This document shows positions 12,901 through 28,400 of a stretch of DNA of 64,000 nucleotides, piece after piece (position 1 is the first letter of the stretch; the number at the start of each line of letters is the position of its first letter). The DNA is taken from NCBI GenBank assembly GCA_046563655.1, contig CM102290.1:4588001-4652000 (forward strand), given 5' to 3'. The position numbers and the translations under genes were made by a program. The DNA comes from Yuukianura sp. NJ FZ-2021 (Eukaryota). A model generated the notes under the pieces. That model worked only from the letters and a program-made list of their open reading frames with translations, was not told the DNA's origin and made no database searches.

Positions 12901-15900
12901 CCACGATGATGAATTACACTGACACGGAGCTAGCAGAAATTCAGTTCATGGGCGTCAAGTCCGCATACATTCTCAGTCGCCATTATGAAGAGGAAATCCT
13001 GAATGACATTGGATTATTCGAAGCCCTAAAACTTCTTTGGGTGACTCCAGGTTATCAGCAGGGAGTTCGCAATAACACTTGGGAAGTGGATATCAAGACA
13101 TGGAAGGAACCAATTTATGTCTGCAAATTGCTTCTTATGTACTGCAAAAGGAATCCCGACGATATTGATTCACTGTTCCTACTACTGTTGGCTTTTTGTG
13201 GAAAACCATTATCGCATTACCAGGTAATTGTGTTGCGTTTTTCGTTTATTATTGTTAAACAGATCATAACAGATTACTAACTAGATATTTTGTTATCGTT
13301 CTCTTGCAGTTTTTAAAAGAATTTCTTGAAACTACCGTGACCATTAATTTCTCAATTCCGAGGAAACGTCAACTGTTTCTTCGATTTGTGGAAGTTTTCG
13401 GAGAGGAAAACTACTCCTTGGAGTTGAAAGCCAAAATTATCCAGTACTTGCTAATTCCGATCATGGCAAATTGTTTCGATCAAGGTCAGGGTGATGAATT
13501 TGTGGGTTCCTCACCGCTACCGGACGTTGACAGCCCTAACAACATTGTCAGCATCCTCTTGTCAAAGGTACTACCAATTATAAACCCAAGTCTGGAGTTT
13601 AATGAAATTTGATGTGAATTAAATGGCTTTCAATTGTATTTTCAGGTAATTGATGCAGATAATCCAATTGCTCAGGATGACAACGTGCGCATTATTCTTT
13701 GTCAATTATCCTGCCTTCTCGTCGACGTTGCTTCGGCCCACATCCATGACGCTTCAAATAAAAAACAAGGGAACAAGCTCAGACGCTTGATGACGTTTGC
13801 TTGGCCATGCCTTCTGTCAAAAGCATGTGTGGACTCCAGTACAAAGTACTATGGGCATTTGCTCCTATCACACATCATCGCCAAGTTCGCTATTCACAAG
13901 AGGATTGTGCTTCAAGTCTTTCATAGTTTGCTGAAAGCTTCTGTTATGGAAGCCAAGAGTGTAATTAAACAGGCACTGGAAATTATTACACCAGCACTCC
14001 CGCTACGAATGGAAGACGGAAACACAATGTTGATTCATTGGACGAAAAAGATATTGCTGGAAGAAGGCCATTCCTTGGCACAACTGACGCATATTTTGCA
14101 GTTGATCGTACGACACTGGAAAGTTTATTTCCCCGTAAGACTCTTACTTATCACGCATATTATCAGTGCAATCCAGCGCCTTGGGTTTACGCCATCCAGT
14201 ACGTTTGAACATCGAAGACTTGCTGTGGAACTGTCAGAAGTTATCATCAAATGGGAACTAGAAAGAATCAAAATAGAAGGAGAAGCGGTTACATCAATGT
14301 CTCCATCTCCACACGTCGGTAAAGTTGAGCCAGAGAAATCCTTGGAAAGAGGGCATACTGACGCTGTGGTGAACTTCCTTCTGCGAATCGCCTGTCAAGT
14401 TAATGATGCCACTCCAACTCCTGGATCTCCTGGGGAAATTCTGTCCAGAAGATGCGTTGCTCTTCTCAAAACAGTCCTCAAGCCGAACATTTGGCCAAAT
14501 TGTGATTTGAAACTAGGCTGGTTTGACAAACTGTTTCTCACACTGGAAAATCCACAAGCAAATATTCAAAATATTTGTACTGCTCTGGATTTGCTGACGT
14601 TCATTACTGGAATTTTGACTAAAGACCAAGTTTTGGAGCAATTCAAAAGTTTACAGAAAGGAATCTCTATTTGTACGTCGAGCCAAAATGGAAAGGTAAT
14701 ACATACTTTTTGTTTTTGCTATACCATAAATAATAATAACGACTTTTTCCATACAATTTGATTAAGTAAGTTGTTTACTATCGGGTTATTTTAGTCCACG
14801 CTCATCATGTTCATAAACATTACATTTCGTGTTTACAGGTTATCCGTGCTGTTCACAATTTGATGACAAAGTTAATGGCAATATATCCGACTGATTATCC
14901 TACTGGAAGCTCTGCAACAGGAAAATGTGAAGAATTAGACCATTTGTATTCACAAGTCAGCAAGGTTAGTAATAGGTTAATTTTTGTTAGTAATCGAACG
15001 TGCTAGGTTGTGTTTTATAATTTTACTTATCTATTTCTACTTCTTTCTACAGGTGGTTTTCGACGCATTAGCGAACTATGAGAAGCTTACATCGCCTACG
15101 CCATCATTACTTTTCGGGCCGCTGATGATGCTTAAATCAGCTTGTACCGCAAATCCATGCTACATCGACCGAATAATTACTGCCTTCATGAAAGTTTTGC
15201 AAAAGCTGTGTCGGGAACATTTGGCAACAGGAAGTCCAGACGCTCAAGGTAAAACCTCCCTTTGGTGTGCTTGCTGGTTTTACGCTTTATAAACCTTTGA
15301 GCTTTACATTTTAGTTGGAACGGATCTGCTAATTCTAAGTATGGACCTCGTCAAAAACCGTGTCGGTGTGATGGGGGTGGAAATGAGAAAAGCATTCATT
15401 GGAACCGTATTGGTTAGTCTCATTGAGAAAACAACCGACTCGAAAGTGATGCAAGGTATTGTGAAAATGTTGGAAGAGTGGGTCAAAAACAAATCTCCAA
15501 TCGTCATCAACCAGGGGCCAAGTAGTCGTGAAAAGTCCATCTTGTTGGTGAAAATGATGCAGAATGTAGAGAAGAGATTCCCAACTGACACTGAGCTCAT
15601 TGGACAATTTTTGGAATTGGTCAACTTCATTTACCGGGACGACCATTTGAAGGGTACTGAACTCAATGCAAAGTTGGAACCAGCCTTCCTCTCCGGTCTT
15701 CGATGCCCTCAGAGTTCAATCCGAAAAAAGTTCTTTGAAGTATTTGACAGCTCCATTCGTAAGAGACTCCATGACCGTCTGATGTACATTATGTGTAGTC
15801 AAAATTGGGAAGCGATGGGGCCACACTACTGGATTAAGCAGTGCATTGAACTCCTCTTCAGCACTGTTGCAGGTATGAATTTCGCCTTCTAATTGTTGTT

Positions 15901-18900
15901 CAGTATTGGTCGATTTACCATTTTTTTTCTTTTAATTTTCCTTTAGATGTGGATATTCAAATCGTTCCAGTGGAACTTGCACTCCCCGGCGTTGTTTCCG
16001 TCTTTCATTATTTCGAACCATCTTCTAGGCAAGGCTTCCTTAATTCGCCATCGCCTGCAAATGACATGGAAGTTGATCTCTCTGCCGTGCAGGAGGTGGA
16101 GAAGGATTTGGATTCGCTTCGGAAGACTCCAGAGGATGATGTACAGGATCTAACTTCATTGCTGGCCAGAATTGACGAGTTTTTCAAAAGGCGCTGGGAG
16201 GATGCACTCTACCCTATCGAAAACTCTAAAGTATTTTTGATCAGGTAAAGCGTTTGCATTGAACTCTGGTAATTTGCGATACGTTTTCAATTACGCAAGT
16301 TTCAAATGAAGTGAACTTCAATTGATTTTTGTTGTACAAGCAACTTATTTCAATTAAAAATATTTTCAGAGACCGAGATTTTAGTTCGCGTGTGCGTAAT
16401 ACGAAGCTACCAAACATTATTGCGTCATTGATACAACTGTGTCACTGTGACACTAGTCTTGCAGAAAAGGTTTGGGTAACATTCCTTCCTAGAGCTTGGA
16501 AGATATTCAGTGAAAAGCATCAACTGGTAAGCCAAATTACTATTTTGGTATGCAGACGAGGGTATTTTTTAAAATAGGAAATTGAATGTATTTAATATTG
16601 TTTTTAGGCAGTGGCAAACGAAATGGTTCCATTCCTGTGCAGTGGCGTCCACGTCGTGCAAAAGGATTGTATACCAAGTGCTCTGAACACATTTGCAGAA
16701 GCTGTTTCTCAATGTGTACCTTCAGTACCCATGAAGCCGTAATATCAATACTCGATCTGTTGTTGTTATTTTTATAAAAGATCTTATTCTTTTAACTTTT
16801 TCTAATTTAACCTTTGATTGTGTTTTTATAGGGTGGTTTGGTTTTACCTTGCAAGGAATCATAATTTATGGCACCGAGCTTGTCTTGCTTTGGAACAATC
16901 CATTTTTGAAGGAAACTCACATCAACTTAAAACGAAGAAGGAGCAGACTGACTGCTACGAATTTGAACCATCGACAGCCCATTCTGCTACCCCACCTACC
17001 CAAAACTTGGACGTAATGGATGCTCTCTCCGATTTATATCAAAACTTAAGGGAAGAAGATCTATGGGCTGGACTTTGGCAGCGACGAGCGAAATACGTCG
17101 AAACGAACATTGCAATAGCACTGCTTAATCAGGGTTTCTATGAGAATGCCCAAACTACCTTTGAGCTTGCCATGGAAAAAGCCAAAGAAGATTTTGGAGA
17201 TGAGTTATGCCCGGGTACTATTTTTCCAGAATGCAGACTATGGGAGGAAAATTGGCTCAAGTGAGTACTATAACTAGCTTAAAATGCAGCCTGAAGCTAA
17301 TAATTATTCCAATTTAGGTGCTCCAAGGAGCTCAACCAATGGAATATTGTCCAAGAGTATTCGGGATCCGGAGAAGGACAAAATCCAATTTTGGAATTGG
17401 ATGCGATTTGGCGCACTGGGAATTGGAATGAGGTGAAGAATTTACTTGGTCAGGTTGAAACGTCGTGTCCGAAGGACTTTGCTTGGAAAATCCACTTGTA
17501 CCGTGGATACCATGCAATTTGTTCGACTGATGAACAGAATTTGGGTGTGGTGGATCGATATGTGGATTCTGCAAGCCAGATAAGCATCAAAGACTGGAGA
17601 AGACTTCCGCACATTGTCTCCAACGCTCATGTGCCAATACTGCAAGCTGCGCAACAGGTTCTAGTAATAGGAATTAGGTCATTCCGAGGAGGTATTAATT
17701 TGTGAACTAACTGATTCTTTGTACAATGCCATTAGATTGTAGAACTACACGAAGCAATGGGAATTCACCAAGGGTTTATTCAAGGACGACCAAATACGGT
17801 TCACGACATGAAAGCTGTCGTGAAGACTTGGAGGAACCGACTCCCTTGTATTTCAGATGATTTGAGTCATTGGGGAGATATTTTCACATGGCGACAACAA
17901 CACTACAACTTCATCTCAAGTCAGTTTGATTCTCAAGTATCCACAGAAGCTACCGTTGTAGGAGGATCTCAAGGAATGCTGGGTATCCATGCTTCGGCAC
18001 AGGTAAAGATTCTATTACATAAAATTCTTATAGAAACACAATAACTAAGGAAGTTTTTTGTTATAGGCTTTTTGTCATTTCGGAAAAATCGCTAGAAAAC
18101 AGCATCTCCACTCTGTTGCACTGGCGTCTTTGTCAAAGATTTACACAATTCCAAGTATACCTGTCGTAGATTGTTTCCAGAAAATCAAGCAGCAAGTCAA
18201 GTGTTATATTCTTCAGGCTCAGACGCTGGGAAAGAATGAACTTCAAGAAGCCCTGGAAATTGTGGAATCAACGAATTTGAAATTCTTCTCCAAGGAAATG
18301 ACTTCTGAATTCTTCACTTTTAAGGCTTGTCTCCTGGGTCTTATTGGTTTGTGTTGAACTTTTTATTATTTTGGCTCGTACATCGTTGCAAGATTCCTTA
18401 ATGCAACTTAAATTTGTCATAGGTCGTTCTGATGAGGCGAGCAAATGCTTCTCGGCGTCTTGTCAATTGAATGATAACTTGATGAAATGCTGGGGTTTTT
18501 GGGGTGATTACTTAGAATCATTTTATGTTCGAGATCCTGCTCGGAATGTCAGTATGGGAATTGCCGCCATGACAGCATATATGCAAGCTTGTCGGAACCA
18601 AGGGGAAGTGAAGGCTAGAAAATATATCGCCAAGGTAGAACTTTATCATATGGACTTTCTGAAACTAATTTTAACGAGGAATCAGCAAAATAACAGAATC
18701 TTCATATTATTACAGATTCTTTGGCTCCTGACTTATGACGACGAAAGGGGCACTTACGCAGACATTGTAGACAAATACTCCAATTTTGTGCCACCAATCC
18801 AGTGGTTGCCTTGGGTGCCGCAACTTCTGACGCTACTAGTGCGTCATGACGGCAAAATGGTCATCAATCTTCTCAATGCAGTTGGCCGAATGTACCCTCA

Positions 18901-21693
18901 AGCTGTGTACTTTCCTATACGTACGCTCTACTTGACCTTGAAAGTTGAACAACGAGAGAAAGTTCGGAATGCCGAATTGGCTGCCGCCGCTTCGTCTTCC
19001 GCTAATGCAGCCGCTACGGGTGAAGGCGGTTCGTTTGAGCAAGATGGTACTCCAGCGACCAAGGCGCCGAATCCTGCAGAAGGCCAAGCTATCAAAGCAA
19101 CACCGAGTATGTGGAGATGCTCCAGAATTATGCACATGCAACGAGATCTTCATCCTACGGTTCTTTCTAGTTTGGAAGGGATTGTGGATCAAGTGAGACA
19201 ATTCTTTTACTCCCGTGTTTTTTATGTATTGTTGGCAAATAGTTTCACATTCCATATTGATAATCTTAGATTGTTTGGTTTCGTGAAAACTGGTATGAAG
19301 AAGTACTCCGACAGCTCAAAATCGGTCTCGCCAAATGTTACGCAATTGCTTTCGAGAATCGCGCAAGCGTTGCAGAAACGGCCATTACGCCGCAACTTCA
19401 GAACTTTGTGAGGAAACTTGTCTCTACATTTGGACTTGGTAAGTGTAGCATTTATTGTATGTAGGCAATTCCTCTCATACAGAGTGTAACATGAAATTGT
19501 ATTTTTTAGCGAGTAATCTGTCAGCCATGGGCTCAGGATCTTCCACATTTGAAGTACTACTGCGTCGCTCTACTCTTCAAGATCCAGCAGTTCAACAACT
19601 CAAACTCAAATTCACATCAGACTTTGATACAACTGGACCTATCGCTATCAAACTGCATAATCTCATCATCAGTCTGCGAAAATGGATAAAAATCTTAGAA
19701 GCGAAGACGAAACAATATTCAAAGTAAGTTTCGGAAGAATAGGTCATATCAACTTCTCTGTCATGATTGTCGAGTGCTTTTCATTCAAACGCATTATCAT
19801 GGTTTCGTTTTCAGGTCAATTTTAATGGACGATCGCTTCCGATTTCTGCAGAATTTTAGCAGCCAGATGACCGAGATTGAGCTTCCAGGAGAGTTTCTAA
19901 TTCCTAAGGTAAAAACGTTTTTTTAAACATTATACATACTGACGTATTTATTGCGCGATGATGGAAAAATTTAAGCCTTTAGTTCCAAGGTTTTGTAACA
20001 AGCATTTGCGCTACCTGTTTTAATTAGTAGGCAACCTTATGCCGGCAATTCTACGGGGCAGTGTGAGCTGCTGATAAGATCTGATCCAACCGTACTAAAT
20101 AGTATTGGTTTGTTCCCAAATACATTCCATCATCTATTTAACGTCTGTTTGTTGTTGTTTTTCACAGCACGCGCATTATTATGTCAAGATTGCAAGGTTC
20201 CAACCCAGGGTTGAAGTAGTGCAGAAGCACAATACGTCTGCACGGAGAATATTTATACGCGGTCACAACGGTAAGGTGTACTCCTACTTGATTGTCAATG
20301 ACTCGGGACTTACCGACGCCAGGAGAGAAGAGCGAGTGATGCAAATGCTGCGGATGATGAACCACTACTTGGCACGCCAAAAGGTTGCATGAACTTTGTA
20401 TTTACGAATATATTCTCGGATAGTTTGCTAATTTTGGCTTTTTGTAACGTCCAACAGAGTACTTCGAAGAAAAACTTGAGTTTCACTGTTCCGAAAGTCG
20501 TCGCAGTGTCCCCGCAGATGCGATTAGTTGAGGACAACCCTTCGTCCCTGTCGCTTCTCGATGTTTTTAAACATAGCTGTTCGAAACGAGGAGTTGAATA
20601 TGATGCTGCAATTACTCGATACTATGAGAAGATTGAAACTGTTCAGGTAAATATACATTTTGTAAAACACTTTTGGCACATTGTCGAATAGTGATAACTT
20701 CACAAATTGCTTGGCTTTTCCTATGCTTCTAGACAAGGGGATCACAAGTGAGTCACCAAGTTCTTCGGGAAATCTTGAGAGGCATTCAATCAAACACAGT
20801 TCCAAGAACAATGATGAAAGAGTGGGCATTGAATACATTTCTGACACCTTCCGACTACTGGATGTTTCGCAAAACTGTATGAAAAATCATATCTCAAATG
20901 CGACGATCCGAGTTTGTCTGAGTTTATGCATATGTCGAATTTGAAATTGAGTTTGGTTTCAGTTTACATATCAACTGGCCCTGATTGACTTTGCTGAGTA
21001 TGCGTTTCACTTGACTCGACTCAATCCGGAAATGATGTACCTTCACCAAGATTCTGGCCTTGTTAACATCTCGTATTTCAAATTTGAGTTACATGATGTC
21101 TCAGGTGAATTTACATGATTTAAAAAAACGAAACTTGAAAATTTCATCAGTTCTAATTTTCTGTTTCACAGGTGAATTGGAGTCCAATCGACCTGTTCCG
21201 TTTCGTCTAACCCCGAACATATCCGAATTTATCACTCCGTTTGGAGTGAACGGGCAAATTGTGTCTAGTATGATTTCTGTTGCAAGATGTCTGGTGTATC
21301 CTCACTATAAAGTGCAGGCTATTTTACGCGCAATACTTCGAGACGAAGTAATCGCCTGGCTATTGAAAAAACAAAATGATAGAGAAATATTGAACGTTGT
21401 TTCTGGAACGGAGGAAATGGTGCTGCCTGAATCTGACTCGGAAGTCATCATAAACCGAGTGACAAAGTCGGTAGTGTCCATGATGAATCGAATTCAATTA
21501 CTTTCAACGTTTGATGGAGTAGAGAGCAAGGTAATGATTTCATTTTAATTATTATATGAGCTAAATTTCCATCAACTTCAACGATAATCAACTCAACTTC
21601 TATTATTTTGTCTAGGCGAACACATTGGTAGCAGCGGCTAGTAGCCATGATAATTTGTGTCGTATGGATCCAAGTTGGCATCCCTGGCTCTGA
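6977..21693 (+). CDS. TRRAP: Transformation/transcription domain-associated protein (Tra1/Nipped-A; PIKK pseudokinase scaffold of SAGA and TIP60); many short introns
   Basis: ATG at 6977 (CAAAATG) after an acceptor at 6958. Conserved segments: [70 protein letters not shown] domain ([24 protein letters not shown]), pseudokinase ([17 protein letters not shown] and NISYF in place of the DRH/DFG motifs; VPFRLTPNI) and FATC end [14 protein letters not shown] (TGA 21691-21693). Confidence 0.97.
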
Positions 21694-22493
21694 TTTAACC
21701 ATTTTTTTTAAACTATGACTCTTTGTTACTATTTTTCCTTGTTTTTTGTTGTTATTTAGAAACCATTGTGACCATATCGCTTAATGTTTATGTACCAGGA
21801 CAGTTGAAATTTTTAATTGACTGAATTACGTCTCTTTCCTAAGTTTTCAAAGATTGATATTTTGTATTTAATTGGTTACTGTGACTAAACTGTTAGCTTA
21901 ATATCTGACGGTAAAAATATAAATTGACGCGAGAGTTATCTACTCCTCGCAAAACTACGGTTAGGATTATTTTCTGGACAATTCCATTGCTGAATTCATA
22001 GTGTAGATGAGATTCCTGTAAATTAGTGGTTATAACTTAAATTTAATTAGCTACTTGGATTCTTACTACTGAATACATTACCAACTGGCACTACGCCGTG
22101 GTGTTTATTTCGATCTATTTTTAGTGTTTCCTGTTTTTCCATTAAATCTATACTTGTATAAACTTTCGTATGAGTTAATCTTAACTAACTTTTTAACACA
22201 TTCCTCGTAATTCCTAATTGATCTAAATTTCTACAATTAAGTAGGGGTTTTAGGAACGTTTTTGAGCCCTTCTTTGGTAACGGAAATTTAGTAGTTTCCA
22301 GTTCGAAGCTGCTTTTCTTTGGTTGAGTCAAATTTCGAAAAACAATGTTTTAAGTTTGAATACAAAATTTAGAAAACGATTTTGTCGAATTGAGGACAGT
22401 GTGTGGAGACTGCGCAGAAATGTAGAAAAAGAGAAAGCGAGAGAGTCAATTCGTCACACTAAAACATTTCCAGTTCGGATTGTACTACAAAAA

Positions 22494-25400
22494 CTAGTAT
22501 GGCACAGGGTCACGGATCTGTCCCTGCTTTCTGTATTCGTACTTGAGACATTTTCCCCACCAACTGGATTTGACACAAGTTCGTTCGGCTTTTAGCACAA
22601 AGCATTTGGTTTGAACAACATTGAAGAACAGTTTTCCAACCATGTTGGAGGCTCCCGTATTCGTCATCTTCAGACAAGATCGAAACCTGTCAAGAAAAGA
22701 AACAAAATGATTATGAAACTTTTTTTTAAATTTGATATGCATTAGTTATGAAATAGTGAATCTCGATCAGACCGACGATGAGGAATAAAACTTTTTTAAG
22801 GTATACGTTTTTTCACGTTTTTTGAAACTCAAATCTCGCGACAAGCTTTAAAAAAGTGTGAAAAATTGTTAAAAATAAAAAGTCCAAACTCGAACATTAA
22901 TTTTTTCGTCAAATTTTGGAAAGAATGGACTTTCATGTTTTTTTTTTTAATTTCTTCAAAATTTGAGGGTACCTTTTTAAATTTTCTCAAAATACGTCAT
23001 GTTTCGGGAGCAAAAAGTTTGCGTTTCTATCGCTTTCCGTTCTCGAGATCTTCTGAGTTTTCAAAATTCTTAAAAATATAAATTGTCCAAAAAAGTTAAA
23101 ACTCAAATCTATAAATCTTAATATATAAAATCTCTAAAACAGAGGTTTTGGTAAAATTTTGGGAAGCGGGAAGACTGTGTGTTGTCGTTTCATTTTCTCA
23201 AATGCCAAAATTTGGATAGAGATTTTTCAAATTTCTTAATTCCCAATTTCGCGAATTGCTGTTTTGCAATGTGGGCCGATCGCCGGCGCCACTGAAATCA
23301 TTGAAACTGGAAATTTTAAAATAAATTTAACAAATGAAAAAACTTTGCAAATTCATGTCTTGCGAGCGGAATGCTTCCAACCGCTGAGTTCAGGTTGGAA
23401 CTCTGTTTTCGGAAGAAGTGTGACAAGGAGAATAATAGCTTGGAAAAAAGAGTTTGAACTTTTGGCAGCTGGACTTCCTAACGGCGTTATTAACTTGCTT
23501 TACAATCTCTCGGCATGAACTTTTTTCATTGTTCGTATAATTTATGAACCATAACTCTTCCAAAGACTAGTAAGAGGCTATCACGCCCTTTCAATTCAAA
23601 CAATTTGAAAGGAAAAACTCTTAGGAAAGGAGAATTCCTTGGAAATCCTGTAACATGAATTAAAAAATTTAACTTTTAATTGGAAAATTTTTATTTGAGG
23701 TGAGTAGAGTCACAAAATTCAAAATTTTCAAATTAAGATCCCAAACTAAAAAAAATCCAAAAAAACAAAGGTAGGTAGAATTATCAGCGGGACATGCTTG
23801 TTTCTCTGAATGACTTCTACCCACCCCAATGGAAGTTACTAACCCATGCATATAACATTCACATTTAAAAAATTTGAAAACGTAGCCGCTGTGTGCACTG
23901 AGGAGGGGCGTCTGGAGGAGAAGTTCGGTTTATAAGAAATAGGAGTTAATAAAATGTTAGCTTTTGGACGTAGTAAACCTTGTCAGCCTAACTTCCCATT
24001 GTCTTTTCTCGTTAAGATGTTGATGCCTAATGAGACAGAAGGAACGGAGATCATGACTATTTCTGTTTTCGTCTTTGATCTTCCCTCCCATATCCCAGTA
24101 ACGTCGAAGATCAACTGCGGGAACCAAAAGCCACCTTCGCAGCAGGAATTCCTTCTTGGGAAAAGATCGGACTGACGCCAACTTATAACTTTGTGGACAA
24201 GGAGTAACCACGGCACAGCTAAAGTCCTAACTTAACCAACGAAACAGTTTCAAAAGAGGGGTGAGAAATCTGAAGAAGTGGAGACTATCGAGAGGGTGAC
24301 TTATTGGAAGCGAAATAAAGGAAATGCCAAATACTCAATCTCTGCTTTGGAGAAAATAAATCTTGGGAAAGGCAAGAAAGTGAAAGTGACGAGGGAACGT
24401 AGGAAGTTAGTGAAAGTGAAAGTTAGTCTCCTAGCAGCCTCTTTGCTGCTGCGGTTAGGCTGAAGCGGAAAGGCAGGATAAGAAAAGAGGCTTTGAATGT
24501 TACTTTTGGTAGTGGTTAGGTTAGGTTCGACTGTGGTCAATTTATTGAAAGGTTCCTGGAAGAAGGGGGGCCAATGTTAAATGGAGTAGGAGTCATTGGA
24601 AGGTGCGGGTAATGACACGAAATAAAGGGGAAAAGAAATAGAAAGTGGACGGAGAAAGTCATTAGAGCTCTCCCACACTTTTTGACACTTTCCCCTCCTT
24701 TTCCCTGGAACGAAACTAATAATTGGATTCTTTTTTTTTCTTGTTCTGCTCAAATAAGAACTAACTGGTTAGGAAACAGTGGACAAGAACCTGACTTTAC
24801 ACAACTATAAAGAAGAACTAAGCAACTTTCTTTTGGAAACTAAGAAGCTTACAACTTCCTTTCGACTGCCCAAACTTAATAGGTCTACTCACCCATCTCA
24901 CTCGTTCCCTTTGAACAAAACTTTAAGATGGAAGGGAGAAAGCGGTTGGAAAGCATAAAGTGAAAGTGACTAACCAAAACTTGACATCAAACTATGCGTT
25001 GTTACAAAAGGAACTGCCAGCAGAAAAAGAAAAGTCTTCCTTTGTCAACTTTACAGACCAAAAGACCCTTGGTTTCCAGCCCTCTCTGCAATTAGTGAAG
25101 AATTGTTCAACGAAAAACGAAAAAAAAAAGAATCGAAAATCATTTGAACCACTGAAGAGGAATAATGTTTCAGGATAGAGGGAAGTAGGGGCTACAGATT
25201 TCCGGAACTGCAGTAATGGTGGTAACTTGGCAAATGAAGAGTTCCTCAAATTTTCAAGCCCTCACCAAGCAGACAAAAAGTAACTCAAAGCTGCAAATGT
25301 TACAATTGAGGAAGTCAGTCAAAAATCCCCGTTGCATCTTCGCTTGAAAAAAAAGCGGGAGAAAGTCTCCTTTCACTTGCTTTACTCGTAGTTATTATTT

Positions 25401-28400
25401 TTTTGAAGGTTAAGTTTCACAGTTCCCCCCTTGAGACTTTTTTGACTTATCAAAAAAGAAATCAGAATTTGGTGAAAAGATTTTTGGAGAGCCCTTGAGA
25501 CTGTTACTAATTTTGGTGTTGCAGGGTTCAAGTGAGCAGTTGGAAGGGATCGAAAGTCGGATGTTGTTGATGGGTGGTTTCTGTTGTGATGATAATGATG
25601 GTTTAAAAAATAAAATTAGGCAACATTATTTACTGGTTCCTTCACTTTAGTAAGCTCCAATTCTAAACGCTTTGGAAGTCGGAGCATGGGATCGAATCCA
25701 GTCAATTCCATTACTTTTTCTTTTTCAAAAGTACAATTAGCTACGCCTTTCTCTTGCAGTGCCCTTCACTTCTACCCTCCGCTTTCCTACCGAAAAGATT
25801 TTCAACTTCCCGGAGAACATTTTCAAAAGGCTAACCTACCCGCACCATCAATTTTCCCATCATCTCCTGATACGTTACTTGAATTTACTGCCAAGTCATC
25901 CTTAACAAAAAAAAATATATATACTTTATATTTTTTTGTTTTCAAAATTTTAATTTATTAACACTTTTAACTAAAATATATGTGGAAGATTCTTTCTGTA
26001 CGTCACATTCGTTTCAGATTTAAATCAAAAATGTAACATACTTTAAAAAATCGTTATCATTTACGTAATAGCACGCGCACTATGCAGTGTGAAGCTTTTT
26101 TCATAAAACTGATTTTTTTAAGTATCAAATACCAAAACATGCTTCGAGTTCCATTTCGGAATAAATGCAACATTTCAGGGCTGCCACTCTCACACCACTG
26201 TAATTACATTTCAAATAGTGTCTATTTTTTTCTCCTTATCAAAACCCTATAATTTCAAATAAAAATTCGTTAAAGAAAAAGCCAAACTTCCGTGGGATGA
26301 ACAACCAACGAAATTTCTCAGCCAAATATTGCCTCCAAGGGCCCTTTTCAGCCCATATTTGGATTCAAAAGTTTAAATTTGGTGTAAAAGTTAGATTTAT
26401 TTGAAAGGTTCAAAAAATACGGCTAAATGTCTTCGCATGACGGCAGAAATGCAGCGACGATGTCCATGACACTGATACAAATCAGGCATTTCTCCTTAAC
26501 CTTTCCAGTTTTTTGTTCAGAAAAACAGAAAAGTCAGTTTAGAAAGTCTAACTTGGGAGGAGTTCGGTCAGGATTCTAATTCGGATTTTTGTTGTCTTTT
26601 TACTTTTGGGCTACAAAGGGCCCTCCCATGTATAGTTGAAGGCCTCCTAGGTTCTGATGTTAGAGTGAAGTCGACTTTGAGACCAAAAGGTGATGTCTTA
26701 GTCTATTTTGCTAAGAAAAGCTTGTACCCTCACCCCTTGTCCCATAAAACACTTTTAGGAGTTGAATGATGTCAAAAAGATAAGAGTTAAACGATGTTAG
26801 TAGAGAGAGGATTTCTGGAAAATAAAGTGAAAGCAGTCGGGTCCTAACGCTTTCTCCACTTTTTCATTTAGTCTGCATGTTACTAGAGGAACTTCATTTA
26901 ACTTCGCTCGTGAATTTAAGCTAGAACAGTTTTGGTTAAAAGGAAAATCGACCAGGAAACTACCATGTCTAACACAGACATTTCGCTTCTCGATTTTTAA
27001 AATTTACTTTTTAGGGAACACAGGGTGAGAGCACTTGAAAATTGAGTACTCATGGACCACGAATAAACCAAATCATGACAGATCATCTCCTTTTGTCAGA
27101 TTTAACTTCTCAAATACTTGTTTAAACTTGGAACAATTGAACAGACAGCGCTTTAGAAAAATCAGTGTGACAACTGATGCCTTAACATGTTGATTCCAAG
27201 TAGGCGTTAGGTCAAGGTAGAACCATGAATCTTACTTAAGTGTTTCACATTTTGAAGAGTTATTTGAAGGGAATTTTGTGTTCATCTTTTCTACTGAAAC
27301 GGAACTCACATCGAGAGACTACGAGAGAGTCAATTCTATTCCCCCCTTGGGATTTTTCTATTAATTTTTGTTCATCAGTTTAGCTTCAAGCCAAAACATC
27401 ATCTTGGACTTGATCTTCTGATTATCCAGAAGACTTTTACTACTTTCTTTGTATCTTCCTCTGAGATTTACCCCTAACCTCCCTATACACTACTGCTGGA
27501 AGATTCGACAGCAAGAGAATGACGGAGACTTCCAGAAAATTTCATTTCCTGCCGCCCTCCTTTCCCAATATGAGTTTTCAATTCCTTAGTTTTTGTGTGT
27601 GCTTTTTTCAATTCTTAGAACACAAAAAAAACGCTTCATCATCGAAAAAAAAATGGAATATGGAAGAATATATTAGATTTTGGAAAATTAGATTCGTTTC
27701 TACTTTGTTCCTTTCCTCATCATCAGTCACTCTTCAGTGGATTTGAAATGCTATAAAGAACGTAAGAGGTCATTCAATGTCGACCAAACCCAATTTTGAA
27801 TCAACGGAACCAAGCCAAAATTTAGCTCATTTGGTCCTTCCAGAAGTATTTCCTTCGTTAAAATTTTAAATTTAGGTAACAGCGTTAAAATCTGGGCAAT
27901 TCGAAGCATCTTACTTCTTGTTGCTGGAAGATCGAGAAAAAAAAAGTTTTATTTAGAGTTTGACAACATGATGCTGAAGTTACATGTTGCCAATTTGTAG
28001 CCCAAATGTTTTTGCTCATGCGCAGGTCTTAAGGCGCAAAGTAAAGGTGAGTGACCTCAACAGTTGTTGAAAATGCATAATGTAAACGTGACCTTACCTT
28101 TCATCACAGGCACAATGACTGACTGTGCTATGAACTCTGTAGTTGAAGAGTCCGTACTTGGAAGTAAATCCCGGGATTTGGTAAGGGCATCCATCGTGTG
28201 CCCTGCAACATCGATCCGCTCCAACGTAGGCGCCTAAGGTTGAAAACTTGTCAGCCAAAGTCCCTACTCCGCACCACATTGTCCCCGGCATTCGGCCGAA
28301 TTCCATACTGAAACTGAATCCACTGCTCCTATGAATCATCAAAGTTCAAAATTAGTCATTCCGTAACTTTCATTTTCAAATGATCTTCTGACGCTGCTGC

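Noticed and set aside
25630..25720. tRNA or SINE head (GGGATCGAATCC resembles a B box)
   Set aside because: No convincing A box or cloverleaf; at most an unresolvable SINE remnant.
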